DNA of 64,000 nucleotides, taken from the NCBI RefSeq assembly GCF_006345805.1, contig NC_043022.1:18228001-18292000 (forward strand), read 5' to 3'. How positions within the stretch are numbered: the stretch's first letter is position 1; the number at the start of each line of letters is the position of its first letter. The notes beneath the pieces are model-generated. The model searched no databases and was not told the DNA's origin. It was given only the letters and a program-made list of their open reading frames with translations. Below, piece by piece: positions 11,515 to 24,527 of this stretch. The stretch comes from Octopus sinensis. Taxonomy: Eukaryota. Made by a program: the position numbers and the translations under genes.

Positions 11515-14077
11515 CGGAGAGAGAGAGAGATGTATGTGTGCGTGTGCGCGTGTGTGTATATGTGTTAATATGTCTGTCTCGTTTTCCCACCATTCAGATG
11601 ATATTTCCCCCTTCACCCTCAATATACGATTTCAATATTCCTCCCACTGCTAATTTTTTTCCCCCTGTCTTTATTTAGTCTTTCTTTCTCTATCTCTTTT
11701 CTCCGCCCTGCAACCTCTGTCTTCTTTTTCTCTTTCTTTTTCCCTCCCACTATATTTCTCTTCGCATCCTTCCGTATCGCTCCCTCCCTCTCTCTGTTTT
11801 TCTCACTTCCACTTCGTCTTTCCTCGCCTCTTTCCATACTTCTTCTTCTCCTCTCTCCTTTCCCCTCACTCTCTCTTTCATTCTTTCCCTCTCCATCTCC
11901 ATCTCCATTATCTTTCCCGCCTACTTTTTATCCCTTCTCCCTCCATCCTCTTCTATTTCTCTCACTCCCCCCTTTCCTTACCTCACTTTTCCTTTCCCTC
12001 TTTCCCCATTCTCTCTATCTTTTTCCTATCCCCCTTTCCTTTCACTACTTTTTCTCCCTCTCTATAACTTTCTCCCTTCCTCTCCCTTTTCTTCTCGTCA
12101 TTTTTCCCGCTCTCTCTCTCTCACTCACTCTATATTAATACATCTATCGTTCACTCTCACCGTTCCTCTGACTGTATATATACGTGCTCTCTCCTCACTC
12201 TCTGCCTCCCTCGCCTTCATTCCGCCTCCCACTCCTCTCTCTCTCTCTCTCTCACTCTCTCCCTCTCGACATCATTCACTCATCACGGATCTACGTGCAC
12301 GTAACATGTAAGTATACACTCTCTCATTCCTGCCCGCCTATGTTTATATACACGCACATACAACATATAGAAGTATATATACACTCACATAGACAAATAT
12401 ATACGAACACGGCGATCGCCATATATATGTATATATATATATATATATGTGTGTGTGCTGAGAATAAAAAGAAACATACTTGCTCATATACACGCATGTA
12501 TACATTCGACGGACTTTTATAAACATGCGGACGTTTATACATATAAACAAACGCGAATATACACTCGTATTAACCAAGAAATCGCGCTCTCACACACACA
12601 TTATATATATATATATATTATATATATATATATATATACATACACACCACACACACATACATAAATACATTTACATACAACATGCATACATACACACATA
12701 CATACATACACACACACATACATACATACACACATACACACACACATACACATACATACATGCATGCATACATACATACATACATACGCACACACACATT
12801 TTATACAATGAAAAACTTATGCAATGCCTCTGTTCTGCATCTGTCCAGTGTGTATAATGATTTATTTTCACTGCGTGTATGTTGATCAGTCAGAATATTT
12901 GTTCGTATACATGTGTATACACACCGTCACACGCGCATATATATATATATATGCAAGTGTGCACTGGGTGTGTATCATTATATGTTGGCAAATACTAAAA
13001 GATTGTCATGTATATATATATATTATGTTATGCATACTCACACACATGTATGTATGTATATATGTCTGAATGTATGTATGTATGTATGTCTGAATGTATG
13101 TGTGTATGTATGTATGTCTGAATGTATGTATGTATGTGTGTGTTGTATGTATGTCTGAATGTATGTATGTGTGTATGTATGTGTGTATGTATGTGTGTAT
13201 GTATGCATGTATGTGTGTATGAATGTGTGTGTATGCATGTATGTATGTAAGTATGTATGTATGTATGTCCGTCCGTCCGTCTTCTCTCCTGGTGCTGTAT
13301 GAACGTTTAATGTGGTTTTAGAGTCAAGTTTTGGCTGCTATTTCCAGCGTGGTGGTATCTCTTAGCTACCCTAAATTATAATTTCAATAATAATTATTAC
13401 CATTGAAGGTTTTATTCCATGCTAGCCACTTGATAAGATCGATATTTAAATTAACTATCTTATCCTTATATATATATATTCATGTATGTTATTTTATAAT
13501 AATTACTGGTATCCTTATATATTAATATATTTTGTATCTTATATGTAAAGCATAATATGTTATATGTATATATATTATTGTAATTATCAGTTTAGTAAAT
13601 AAATAAATAAGTTAACATAATATAATGTCTAAAAGTTGATGAACCACCTATTGATCCCCTATATTTTCTTATTGCTATATATATATATATATATATATAT
13701 GTAGACAAATGAATTATCTTATTACGGATAATTCGAAAGATAACCGATACCTGGGTAGCAAACTCACAACAGAAAAAGCACGTTTGAAGTTACGACCATA
13801 GGGCATAATCCATAGGCACGGATTAAATCAATATATACATATATACACACATATATAATGTTGTAATCTTCACACTCTGAAAGATATTTGTAGAAAATCT
13901 CATTGAAAAATACCTATTTTCTGAAAGTTATGAGGAAACAAAGCTGTCTGGTGTGAATTTTCTGAAACTCCTTTCCTTCCTTACCCGACCAGAAAAATTT
14001 TGGTGTAGATATATATAATCGGAATCAACACCACCTGAAGCGTGTATGCAGAAAATTTCATTTAAAAATACCCATTT

Positions 14078-14474
14078 GGCAATCTTTCGTCTCTAGTAGA
14101 CCTTTCCGTCGATTTCCGTAAAAAAAATTTTTTTTTTTTACATATGGGCTTGCGGGAACTTTTGAAGTAATGAGAGCGAAAGAGACTAAGAGGAAGCGAT
14201 TTTATGACGAGGGAAGTTCTTTTGAAGTTACCGTGCATGGCAAGCATTGATGTACATGTGTGTGTGTGTTTGATGGGGTGTGGGAGACAGACAGTATGTT
14301 GTGTAAGTGAAGTGCTTCTGTTAGTGTGTGTGAAAGAGAGAGATAACTGAAATTTTTTACTCGGTGTATGTGTATATGTATGTATATTACTTCAGAAGTT
14401 CCCGCAAGCCCATATGTAAAAAAAAAAATTTTACGGAAATCGACGGAAAGGTCTACTAGAGACGAAAGATCGCC
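14078..14474. mobile_element. Inverted repeat with ~95-bp arms and ~215-bp spacer (non-autonomous DNA element or inverted duplication)
   Basis: atctttcgtctctagtagacctttccgtcgatttccgtaaaa...catatgggcttgcgggaactt (14078-14171) is the reverse complement of 14386-14474. Confidence 0.85.
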
Positions 14475-14959
14475 ATCCATTTTTCTGTAAGTTATGAGGA
14501 AACAAAGTCGGTGAGAGAGAGGCACACTGTAGTAGTTTTGTAGGTATGCCTAAATATGAAAGTATGCAAAATGTCTGTATTTGTGTGTGTATGTGTATAT
14601 ATTACCTATACACACGCACGCACATATATATATATGAGTATATAGACACGTGCTTTTCTCGGTTCTAGCTGCACTGACTGGCGATGTGTGTATATATGCG
14701 TGTGTGTGTGTTTGTGTATATACATACATACGTGTGTAATTATACAAACATTACAACAAACCATTATGTTATTGTTATTACTAAGTGCCGGGGTGACGGG
14801 GGAGGCTGCTGACATGAATTATGGTTCGGGTGGTTGAGAGCTGTTTCCTCTCTGCTACTCAATATTGAAAGTCATTTTATACCCCAGCATTCCGTTATCT
14901 ACCTTTCATCTGTTGCTTTGTTTATTTCTCTCTCTCTCTCTATATATTTCTGACTTTCT

Positions 14960-15175
14960 TTCTCTTTCTATCTATCTATCTATCTGTCTGTCAGCCTATC
15001 TATCTATCTGTCTGTCTATGTCTATCTATCTCTGTCTATGTCTGTTTCTATCTAACAATATCTATATATCTATCTGTCTATCTATCTGATATCTATCTGT
15101 CTGTCTATATCTATCTATTTGTCTATATCTATCTATCTATCTATCTACGTCTGTCTGTGTCTCTATATCTATCTG

Positions 15176-15246
<71 letters not shown>

Positions 15247-15562
15247 CTGTCTATGTCTGTTTCTATCTAACAATATCTATATATTTATGTTTATCTATAT
15301 CTATCTGTCTGTCTATCTATCTATTTGTCTATATCTATGTTTCTATCTATCTACGTCTGTCTGTGTCTCTATGTCTATCTATCTATCTATCTATCAATCT
15401 CTGTTTATGTCTATTTCTATCTAACAATATATTTATCTGTCTATCGATATCTATCTATCTATCTATCTACCTATCTATCTCTGTCTGTCTCTATCCATCC
15501 TCCATCCATCCATCTCCATCCTATCATCCATCCATCCATCCATCCATCCATCCATCATCTCC

Positions 15563-15612
<50 letters not shown>

Positions 15613-15650
15613 GTTTATCTATCTATCTATCTATGTTTATCTATCAGTCT
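14960..15650. repeat. (TATC)n/(CATC)n tract with internal longer duplications
   Basis: Direct reading; ctatgtctgtttctatctaacaatatctatat-like blocks recur. Confidence 0.9.
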
Positions 15651-16370
15651 GTCTATTGACAGTGTTTTAATTACATGGTAAATATGGTTTCACTATTGTT
15701 TTTAAATTCATTCTTTTTCTGTTCATGTTGAATGGAAAAAGTTCACAAAAGTGTAAAAAAAAAGAAGAAAAAAAAAGAAATTTGTTTCATTTTGTGTGAA
15801 ATGGGAAAAAATAAAGTAGGAGGGATTGTAATCGTGATCGTTGTCTTGAAGCAGGGAGCTTAGTGGCTTTCCAAAACCACGGGTTTCCAGTAGTTTCAAA
15901 ATTACTTTTCAAAGCCTTCCCTTGCGACTTTTTAAGTTCATTGTTCAAAAACAAAAAAACTTCGAAAAAGCAGTCATGCGTGTCACGGGGAGGGGGTAAT
16001 CACAAATTTTCAAACTTGTTTTTTTCTTCTATTTTTTTTTTTTTGTAATGACTAACAGTGAAATTGAAAAATTTCCCACCATTTTCACGGTCACTGGGGT
16101 TGAATGAACTAAAATAAGCTAAGATACTTATTTGGGTCAGTATGTGACATGAAATGGTTGCACAATGACAAGGGTATCTATCTACAAGGACACTCACTCA
16201 GATTCAGAACTATTGCTGTTATTGGAAACTTCAGGGTGGAGGTAAAGAATACGCGCACCACCCGTTTTCGGCTTAACCCAAGGCCTAAACACCAGGTGTG
16301 TGTATTGTTTACCTTCGCCAACTTCAAGATATTTCATTGCAGAAATTTAGCTGTAGTGATTTAAACTAGC

Positions 16371-16814
16371 CAGGAAGGGCATCCAGCCGTAGAAACACTG
16401 TCAAATCTGGGCCTGATGAAGCCTTCCAGCTTCACAGACCCCAGTTAAACCGTCCAACCCATGCTAGCATGGAAAGCGGACGCTAAATGATGATGATGAT
16501 GATGATGATATTGTCTGAACGTGGCCAATGCTTGTGCTGCCTGACTGGCGTCCGTGTTGGTGACACGTAAAAGCACCAACCGATCGTGGCCGTTTGCCAG
16601 CCTCCTCTGGCCCCTGTGCTGGGGGCACATAAAAAACACCCACTGCACTCATGGAGTGGTTGGCATTAGGAAGGGCATCCAGCTGTAGAAACACTGCCAA
16701 ATCAGACCAGAGCCTGGTGCAGCTTCCATGGCTTACCAGACCCCGGTTGAACCGTCCAACCCATGCTAGCATGGAAAACGGACGTTAAATGATGATTATG
16801 ATGATGATGATGAT
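16371..16814 (+). mobile_element. Two tandem SINE family C 3' segments, each ending in (GAT)n
   Basis: aggaagggcatccagc(c/t)gtagaaacactg...ccatgctagcatggaaa(g/a)cggacg(c/t)taaatgatga occurs twice. Confidence 0.85.
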
Positions 16815-17339
16815 ATCTGGCCCAAATATTCTACCTGTTTTATGTTCAAACTGACCAGATTTGACCTCTCACACCTTCTCTACAATGTCATTCTAAAAAT
16901 AATCGGTGAGCTGGCAGAAATGTTAGCATGCCAGGTGAAATGATTTACGTTGTTTCATCTGTCTTTATGTTCTGAGTTCAAATTCCGCCGAGGTCGACTT
17001 TGCCTTTCATGGCGGCGCCCCAGCATGGCCACAGCTCGTGAGCTGAAACTAGATAAAATTTTTTAAAAAAATGAAAATCTCACATCTTGGAGATAATGTG
17101 TATGTAATTCGAGAAAACGTGAATAAAGAACCATTTGATAGAAAAACCATCTGAATGCTAAAGGATGCAGCAGGTAAATAGGGGTGGCCATTTTGGGGTT
17201 TGCGTGTTTAAAAAAAAAAGGGGACACTGAGCAGGGCTGTCTTAACAGTATTACAAGCCCCTGGAGAAATCAGTGCACTAAGCCTTATAGGCTCAGTGAA
17301 TATTCATATTAGAATGAGGGCCCTGAACAAATTAAAGCA

Positions 17340-17725
17340 CTGGGCCCTATAGTATTTATTGACAGCAAACCACAGCATACATATGCCCAAATTAGGCCCT
17401 TGACCCATGAGGGTCCCCTGGCCAATCAATGCACCAAGCCCTATAATATTTATTAACAGGAAGCCACATCATAGATTAGAATTAAACCCTTTGATCAGTG
17501 GGGTTCCCCAAGCAAATCAATACAATGAACCCTTTAGTATTTATTGACAGCAAAACCACATCATACATATATAAGAATTAGGTCCTTGACCCATGAGGAC
17601 CCCCCCCCCGGCCCCGGCATATCAGTGCATTGGGTTATTTGACAACAAGCCACAGCTTACATACATCAGAATTGGGCACTTGACCCACAAGGTTCCTCAA
17701 GCAAATCATGCATTTGGACCCTGTA
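17340..17725. repeat. Degenerate tandem repeat, ~90-bp unit, 4-5 copies
   Basis: Recurrent atttattgacagca(a)aaccaca(g/t)catacata...aattagg(c/t)ccttgacccatgagg. Confidence 0.65.
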
Positions 17726-17898
17726 ATATTTATATTTATATATAGGTACTGGTGTGGCTGTGTGGTAAGAAGCTTGCTTCCCCAACCACATTGTTCATGG
17801 TTCAGCTCCACTGCATGGCACCTTGGGCTAATGTCTTCTTCTATAGCCTCAGGCTAACCAAACCCTTGTGAGTAGATAGATATGTCTATGTGTTTGAA

Positions 17899-18129
17899 GG
17901 CGGCGAGCTGGCAGAATCGTTAGCACGGCGGGCGAAATGCTTAGCGGTATTTTGTCTGTCGTTATGTTCTGAGTTCAAATTCCGCCGTGCTCGACTTTGC
18001 CTTTCATCCTTTCAGGGTCGATTAAATAAGTACCAGTTTCACACTGGGGTCGATGTAATCGTCTTAATGCCTTTGTCTGTCTTTGTGTGTCCCCTCTATG
18101 TTTAGCCCCTTGTGGGCAGTAAAGAAATA
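17899..18129 (+). mobile_element. SINE family A, full length
   Basis: ggcggcgagctggcagaatcgttagcacg...gggcagtaaagaaata. Confidence 0.9.
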
Positions 18130-18164
18130 TATATGTGTGTGTGTGTAACTTCTTATCAATCTTA

Positions 18165-18650
18165 TCCGGGTTCAGCCCCACTGCGTGGCACCTTGGGCAA
18201 GTGTCTTCTACTATAGCCTCGGGCCGACCAAAGCCTTGTGAGTGGATTTGGTAGACGGAAACTGAAAAGAAGCCCGTCGTATATATATATATATATGCTG
18301 GCCTGCTCGCTTAGCCAGCGGGGTGGCATCATTCGAAGGCTAAAACAATGCGAACGCATTGTGACCAGCGATGTGTAACAACATCTGATGGTCTGGTCGG
18401 TCACGTGATCACGTGATATATATATGCGTGTGTGTCTGTGTTTGTCCCCCTAGCATTGCTTGACAACTGATGCTGGTGTGTTTATGTCCCCGTCACTTAG
18501 CGGTTCGGTCGGCAAAAAGAGGCCGATAGAATAAGTACTGGGCTTACAAAGAATAAGTCCCAGGGCCGAGTTTGCTCGATTAAAAAAGGCGGTGCTCCAG
18601 CATGGCTCGCATGTCAAATGACTGAAACAAGTAAAAAGAGTAAAAGAGTA
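18165..18650 (+). mobile_element. SINE family B with a SINE D 3' end (18297-18418) inside its internal (TA)n
   Basis: B halves are contiguous once the insert is removed; the insert matches the reverse complement of 50705-50825. Confidence 0.85.
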
Positions 18651-18809
18651 ATCAATCTTGCTATTAGCCAACCAGCCAAGCAACCAACCAACCAACCAAT
18701 TTACCTATTTGAGCAACTACTAATTTTATTCCTTATCCTCTCTCCCTCACACACACACACACACACACACATTCAACAATTATTACCTGCACATTACTCT
18801 TAAATAATC

Positions 18810-19250
18810 TACCTTTCCTTTTCTTCCTTCCTTCCTTCCTCCCTTTCTTCCTTCCTTCCTTCCTTCCTTCCTTCCTTCCTCCCTTTCTTCCTTCCTTCCT
18901 TCCTTCCTTCCTTCCTTCATACCTTTCTTCCTTTCTTCCTTCCTTCTTTCCTTCCTTCTTTCCTTCCTTCGTCCTTCCTTCCTTCTTTCCTTCCTTCGCC
19001 CTTCCTTCCTTCTTTCCTTCCTTCGCCCTTCCTTCCTTCCTTCCTTCTTTCCTTCCTTCGCCCTTCCTTCTTTCCTTTCTTCCTTCTTTCCTTCCTTCGC
19101 CCTTCCTTCCTTCTTTCCTTCCTTCCTTCCTTCTTCCTTTCTTCCTTCCTTCCTTCTTTCCTTTCTTCCTTCCTTCCTTCTTTCCTTTCTTCCTTCCTTC
19201 CTTCTTTCCTTTCTTCCTTCTTTCCTTCCTTCGCCCTTCCTTCCTTCCCT
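18810..19250. repeat. (CTTC)n/(CTTT)n pyrimidine tract
   Basis: Direct reading. Confidence 0.95.
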
Positions 19251-20132
19251 TTTACCATTTTACCCCCCCCATCCTCCCCCTTCTCTCTCTTTCTCTTTCG
19301 CATCTTCACCTTCATCATTTCCCAGCATCTTCATTCTTCTTCTTCTTCCCCCGCACCCTCCACTCTCTCATCACATAATCGCTTCCGTTCCGTTCCTCCA
19401 TTAACACCCTCCCCCATTACCTTCTCCCTCTGCTTCTATCTCTCTTCACTCTCTCTCTCCCCATCTTATTGTCTGCCATGCCATTGTTCCACTTCATCCC
19501 CCAAAACTACCCCCCCCGTTGCACCTTCTACCTCCCCCTCTTTAATAAACTTCTGTTTTCTTTGCTCTCCTCTTTTACCTTCTCCTTCCCTCTCTCTCTC
19601 CCATTCTCAGTCTCTCATTCTTTATCCACCCTATGTCCTCTTACTCTCCCCATCCCGTTTATCACTCCTCTCTCTGTCTTACACTCTATTTCCTCTTTCT
19701 CTCCCCCTTCTCTCTCCCACACTGTCCCTCACCTACCATCCCTATTCTTCATCTCACCTTTAGAAACACAGATGCACCCTCTTCTCAAAAGCATTTGTAT
19801 AAGTATATATCTATATATGTGTGTGTATATACATATATGTATGTGTATATGTGTTGGTGTGTGTGTGAGAAACACATTGGCGTTATATATTTATACACCT
19901 GCATACACACGTTTACATTTTTACATTACATACATTAAAATTTTGGCTATAACAACACCTTACTCAGGAATGAAGGTAATAGGAATGTTTGTCTCTCTAG
20001 GCTACTTCATGAATGATTTTTTATATTTAAGGGCCAGTCTTAAAGGCCCTTATACAAATCCAAGTAAGATAAATATATATTGTAAGAAAAATTTACATCG
20101 ACAATTTAGTAATTCAGATAAAGATATTATTA

Positions 20133-20163
<31 letters not shown>

Positions 20164-20719
20164 GGAGTGAGAGAGCAGCGCATGCCATCAAAGTGACACT
20201 GGGGTAAAATATATGAAACCCAGTATACCTGTCGTGATTACTTGCCTGATAAGGGTACACCAGGCACATGTATCACAGCCATATGTGTGCGACATGGTGA
20301 TCTCATATCAAGATAAACAGTGCATAAACCTTGCAAATGGGGTCCTGTTAGAGTTTTCTTCAAGTTGAGTAACCCATCCCGCTCAAACGGTCCCTGAATA
20401 AGGGTTGTTTAAGGACGTTGAACGAAACACCCATGTTTCCAGAGGTGAATTATTCAAACCCCAAACAATCCTTCTCAACACATGGCTATGATGCTCCCCC
20501 ACTACTTCTGCTAGTGATCAGAAATGCACATATCGTCAGCCACTAAGGGACATGCTCAACTGGTTAGGTCAAACAACTGACAAGCAAATCTGTGGTATTG
20601 AGCAGAATATTTGTGTAGCCCATCTTTTATACCAAGACAAAACAATGTACATGATAACACTTCCAATCAGTTAAGATCAGAAGCCATGAGAGCCACTGCC
20701 TGGTACTGCATCAGGGCAT
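20164..20719. mobile_element. ~555-bp complex-sequence insert flanked on both sides by (ATT)n; probable TAA-targeting retroelement piece
   Basis: Sharp transitions attattat|ggagtgagagagcagcg and gcatcagggcat|aattattattat. Class is inferred only. Confidence 0.5.
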
Positions 20720-21857
20720 AATTATTATTATTATATAAAGGCGGTGAGCTGAGGAAACGTTCAAATTGAAATCTGTAACAGCATTTTATCTGTCTATAGG
20801 TTCGGAGTTGAAAATTCTGCCGAGGTAGACTTTGTCTTTCATTGGGGTCGATTAAATAAGTATTAGTTGAACCCTGGGGGCAAGGGCCAATGTAATTGAC
20901 TTATCCCTTCCCTGAAATTGCTGGCCTTGTGCCAAAATTTGAAATCATCATTATTATTATTATTATTGATAATAATAATAATAATAATAATACAGTGAAT
21001 TGGTAGAATTGGACAAATGTGCTCAGTAGCATTTTTCTGGCTCTTACCACCAAGGTGAACTTTGCCTTTCATCCCTCCATATTGATAAAATATAGTACCA
21101 GTGACATACTCGGGATGATGTTATCAGCTAATGCCCTCCCCTCAAATATGCTGGCCTCGTGCCTAAATCACAAGCCATTCTTATTATTAAAACTTGAAGA
21201 ATCGTTCAGTCATTGGACAAAATGCTGAGGGACATTTCTTCTTCTTATTTTATATTTTCAGTTCAAATTTTGCCAAAACCAACTTCCCTTCTTTCAGGGT
21301 TGATAAAATAAAATTCAGTAACATACTGGGGTCTACATAATTAACTAAACCCTTTCTCCTAAAATTCCTGGCGGCATCTGAGTAACCCTGATCTATAGAA
21401 GTTATTGTCTTAACCCTTTTGGCACCGCTGCAACTTTGGAACAAGTTCCTCTCTTTTACATGAAAAGATACAAGATTTTTAATAGATAAAATAAATAAAT
21501 AAACTGTCTGTTATTAAGTTGAAAGTCAGTTTTAATTACTTCACTGAATCTTTCATAATTAATTCTTGATTGTTTTCGGAAAAATTAAAACATCAAAGGC
21601 AGAAGGAATGTATTCTAGTTAGACTATTCCTTTGTACTTTTATTCGTTCATTGGTTTTCGTTGTCAGATTGCAGCCGTACTTTGGCACCGCCAACCACCT
21701 TGCTTCTTCGTTCCGTCTGGTACTCTTTCGCTACTCTCTATTGATATACATACATATATATATAATATTGAACGTATATGTGTGAGTGTGTACATTCATA
21801 CACATATATAAGTGTGTATTTAATATTATATAATGCATACACACAGACACACATATA

Positions 21858-21960
21858 TCATCATCATCATCATCATCATCATTTAGCGTCCGTTTTCCAT
21901 GCTAGCATGGGTTGGACGGTTCAACTGGGGTCTGGGGAGCCCGAAGGCTGCACCAGGCCA
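21858..21960 (-). mobile_element. SINE family C 3' end
   Basis: (cat)n then ttagcgtccgttttccatgctagcatgggttggacgg. Confidence 0.85.
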
Positions 21961-22073
21961 ATGTATGTATATATATAATATATATATATATATATATTGG
22001 TAAAACGGTAAGATACAAAAGAAAGAAAGAGACCTCAATATTATGTAAATAGAGGAAATTTATCTATACAATG

Positions 22074-22184
22074 ATATGTTACATTACTCGATAGTCAAGA
22101 TAAAACTCTGAGTTTCAGATGCCAATTCCCACTTCGGCATCTGAAACTCAGAGTTTTATCTGACTATTGAGTAATGTAACATAT
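22074..22184. repeat. Near-perfect palindrome, ~50-bp arms, 12-nt loop, in a (TA)n-flanked island
   Basis: atatgttacattactcgatagtcaagataaaactctgagtttcagatgcc / aattcccacttc / ggcatctgaaactcagagttttatctgactattgagtaatgtaacatat. Confidence 0.9.
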
Positions 22185-22231
<47 letters not shown>

Positions 22232-22345
22232 AATACAAAAAAATGGGACAAGAACGCAAAACCTCCTGACTGATGATACAAAGACGGTCATTCAGAGTTT
22301 TCTTTCATCAGTGTAGTTCCAGATTGGATTTGCAGCTTCGGCTGG

Positions 22346-22375
<30 letters not shown>

Positions 22376-22381
<6 letters not shown>

Positions 22382-22506
22382 AAAAACATGATGCAAAAGA
22401 TTTAGCGGTGCATATGTTTCGGGCCTTTATTAGACGGTTTTTGGGCCTTTATTAGAAGGCCCGAAACATATGTACCGCTAAATCCTTTGCCTCATGTTTT
22501 TATTTT
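22376..22506. repeat. Palindrome, ~50-bp arms, in a (TA)n-flanked island
   Basis: aaaataaaaaacatgatgcaaaagatttagcggtgcatatgtttcgggcct vs aggcccgaaacatatgtaccgctaaatcctttgcctcatgtttttatttt. Confidence 0.85.
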
Positions 22507-22582
22507 GATAAATATACTCTATCACCTACACCACTAAATGTCATATATAGGTGCTTACAATTATCAAGTATTCACCCTGAAT

Positions 22583-22620
<38 letters not shown>

Positions 22621-22997
22621 ATGAGAGATTATATAAAATGACAAGGGAACAAGAAATGATATAATGAACATCACATTACATAATTTCTTGGTCCCTTGTC
22701 ATTTATATAAATTCTTATTACACTCTTTACTTAACTAATGCTTTTTTCTGAAGCATATATATAACTATGTCTTAGTGAAAGGTATAGAATAGCTAATTAT
22801 GCACTACATATGTTTCAAAAGATTCGCCAAAGGCATATTACGTAACTTTTAAGTAGCTGTATAAGATTGTTCCTTGTACCTTCTCTTCAGCTACTTTTCT
22901 ACTTGTCACTTACAAATCCCTTGTCGTAAGGGACAGATAGGAAAGTACCTGAAGGGAAGGAACACTGAACATCTACGTAGCCCCTTAAAGTTACATT

Positions 22998-23404
22998 TAT
23001 TCTTTTATTCTTTTACTTGTTTCAGTCATTTGACTGCGGCCATGCTGGAGCTCCCCCTTTAGTCGACCAACTCGACCCCGGGACTTATTCTTTTGTAAGC
23101 CCAGTACTTATTCTTTCGGTCTCTTTTGCCGAACCGCTAAGTAACGGGGACATAAGCACACCAGCATCGGTTGTCAAGCAATGCTAAGGGACAAACACAG
23201 ACACACAAATACACACTCGCATACATATATATACATATATACGACGGGCTTCTTTCAGTTTCCGTCTACCAAATCCACTCACAAGGCTTTGGTCAGCCCG
23301 AGGCTATAGTAGAAGACACTTGCCCAAGGTGCCACGCAGTGGGACTGAACCCGCAACCACGTGGTTGGTAGACAAGCTACTTACCACACAGCCACTCCTG
23401 CGCC
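22998..23404 (-). mobile_element. SINE family B, full length
   Basis: High similarity to other B copies. Confidence 0.9.
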
Positions 23405-23671
23405 TGGCGAGCTTTCTTTGAAATGTCTCGTTCATGATTACCTATTCTATTCTTATTGCATGGTTAGCAACTTCTGTGGCCCTTTACTGGAGTTATATAG
23501 TAGTGGTCATCTTATCGGAACTTTTGTCTAATTCAGTATAGAACCAAGTAAATTGGATTCATTGATTTAATAAATTTTACTGATTGATTATTGTCTCCTT
23601 TTGTGTTATCTATACAAGCCATGTCTATGCTTCAGGCTAACCAATTATCTGTACCATGACCCTATTGGATG

Positions 23672-23926
23672 TCTTTTACTTGTTTCAGTCTGTTGACTGT
23701 GGCCATGCTGGAGCACCGCCTTTAGTCGAGCAAATCGACCCCTGAACTTATTCTTTGTAAGCCTAGTACGTATTCTATCAGTCTCTTTTTGCCAAACTGC
23801 TAAGTTATGGGGGCGTAAACACACCAGCATTGGTTGTCAAGCGATGGTGGGAGGACAAACAGACACACAACCATACACATACATACACATATACATACAC
23901 ATATATATATATATCGTACATATACA

Positions 23927-23962
<36 letters not shown>

Positions 23963-24110
23963 CGGGCTTCTTTCAGTTTCCATCTACTAAATCCACTTAC
24001 AAGGCTTTGGTCGGCCCGAGGCTATAGTAGAAGACACTTGCCAAAGGTGTCACGCAGTGAGACTGAACTATGTGGTTGGTAAGCAAGCTACTTACCACAC
24101 AGTCACTCCT
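23672..24110 (-). mobile_element. SINE family B, full length
   Basis: High similarity to other B copies. Confidence 0.9.
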
Positions 24111-24527
24111 ACTATGTGGGTCCAGTTGAGTGAAAATAGAAATGAAAGGAGCCTGTAAGGGACTGTTGTAGATAGTCACATAAAAATGTCTCCCCTGTTC
24201 CTTGTTTATCTTACTCATCTGTTGTCTATGCATTCTGTCTCTATAGTTTTACATGTAAGAATTTATATATATGAGTGCAGGCATGGCTTAGGGCTTTAGA
24301 ATCTTGCTTGGCAACCATATTGTCTTAGGTTCAGCAAGTGTTTTATTATCTGCGGGTGGATCAATATTTTATGAGTGAACTTGGTTTCATGGAAATTGTA
24401 TAGAAGCTTATTGTATGTGTGTGTGTGTGTGTGTGTGTGGGCATATATATATGCACACACACACACACACACATATGTATATATATATATAAGAAGATTT
24501 GGAGGTGATGTACAGGTATTATGTATG

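Noticed and set aside
10189-11568. Long ORFs rich in YLSI, HTYI or VCMY
   Set aside because: Translations of (TATC)n, (CATA)n and (CA)n tracts, which lack stops in some frames. The same applies to most ORFs in the track (e.g. 31695-32645, 35035-35547, 45627-46109).
14762-14815. Possible first coding exon MSAASPVTPALSNNNNIM on the minus strand
   Set aside because: Weak donor (gtttgt), no recognisable homology and no linked downstream exon.
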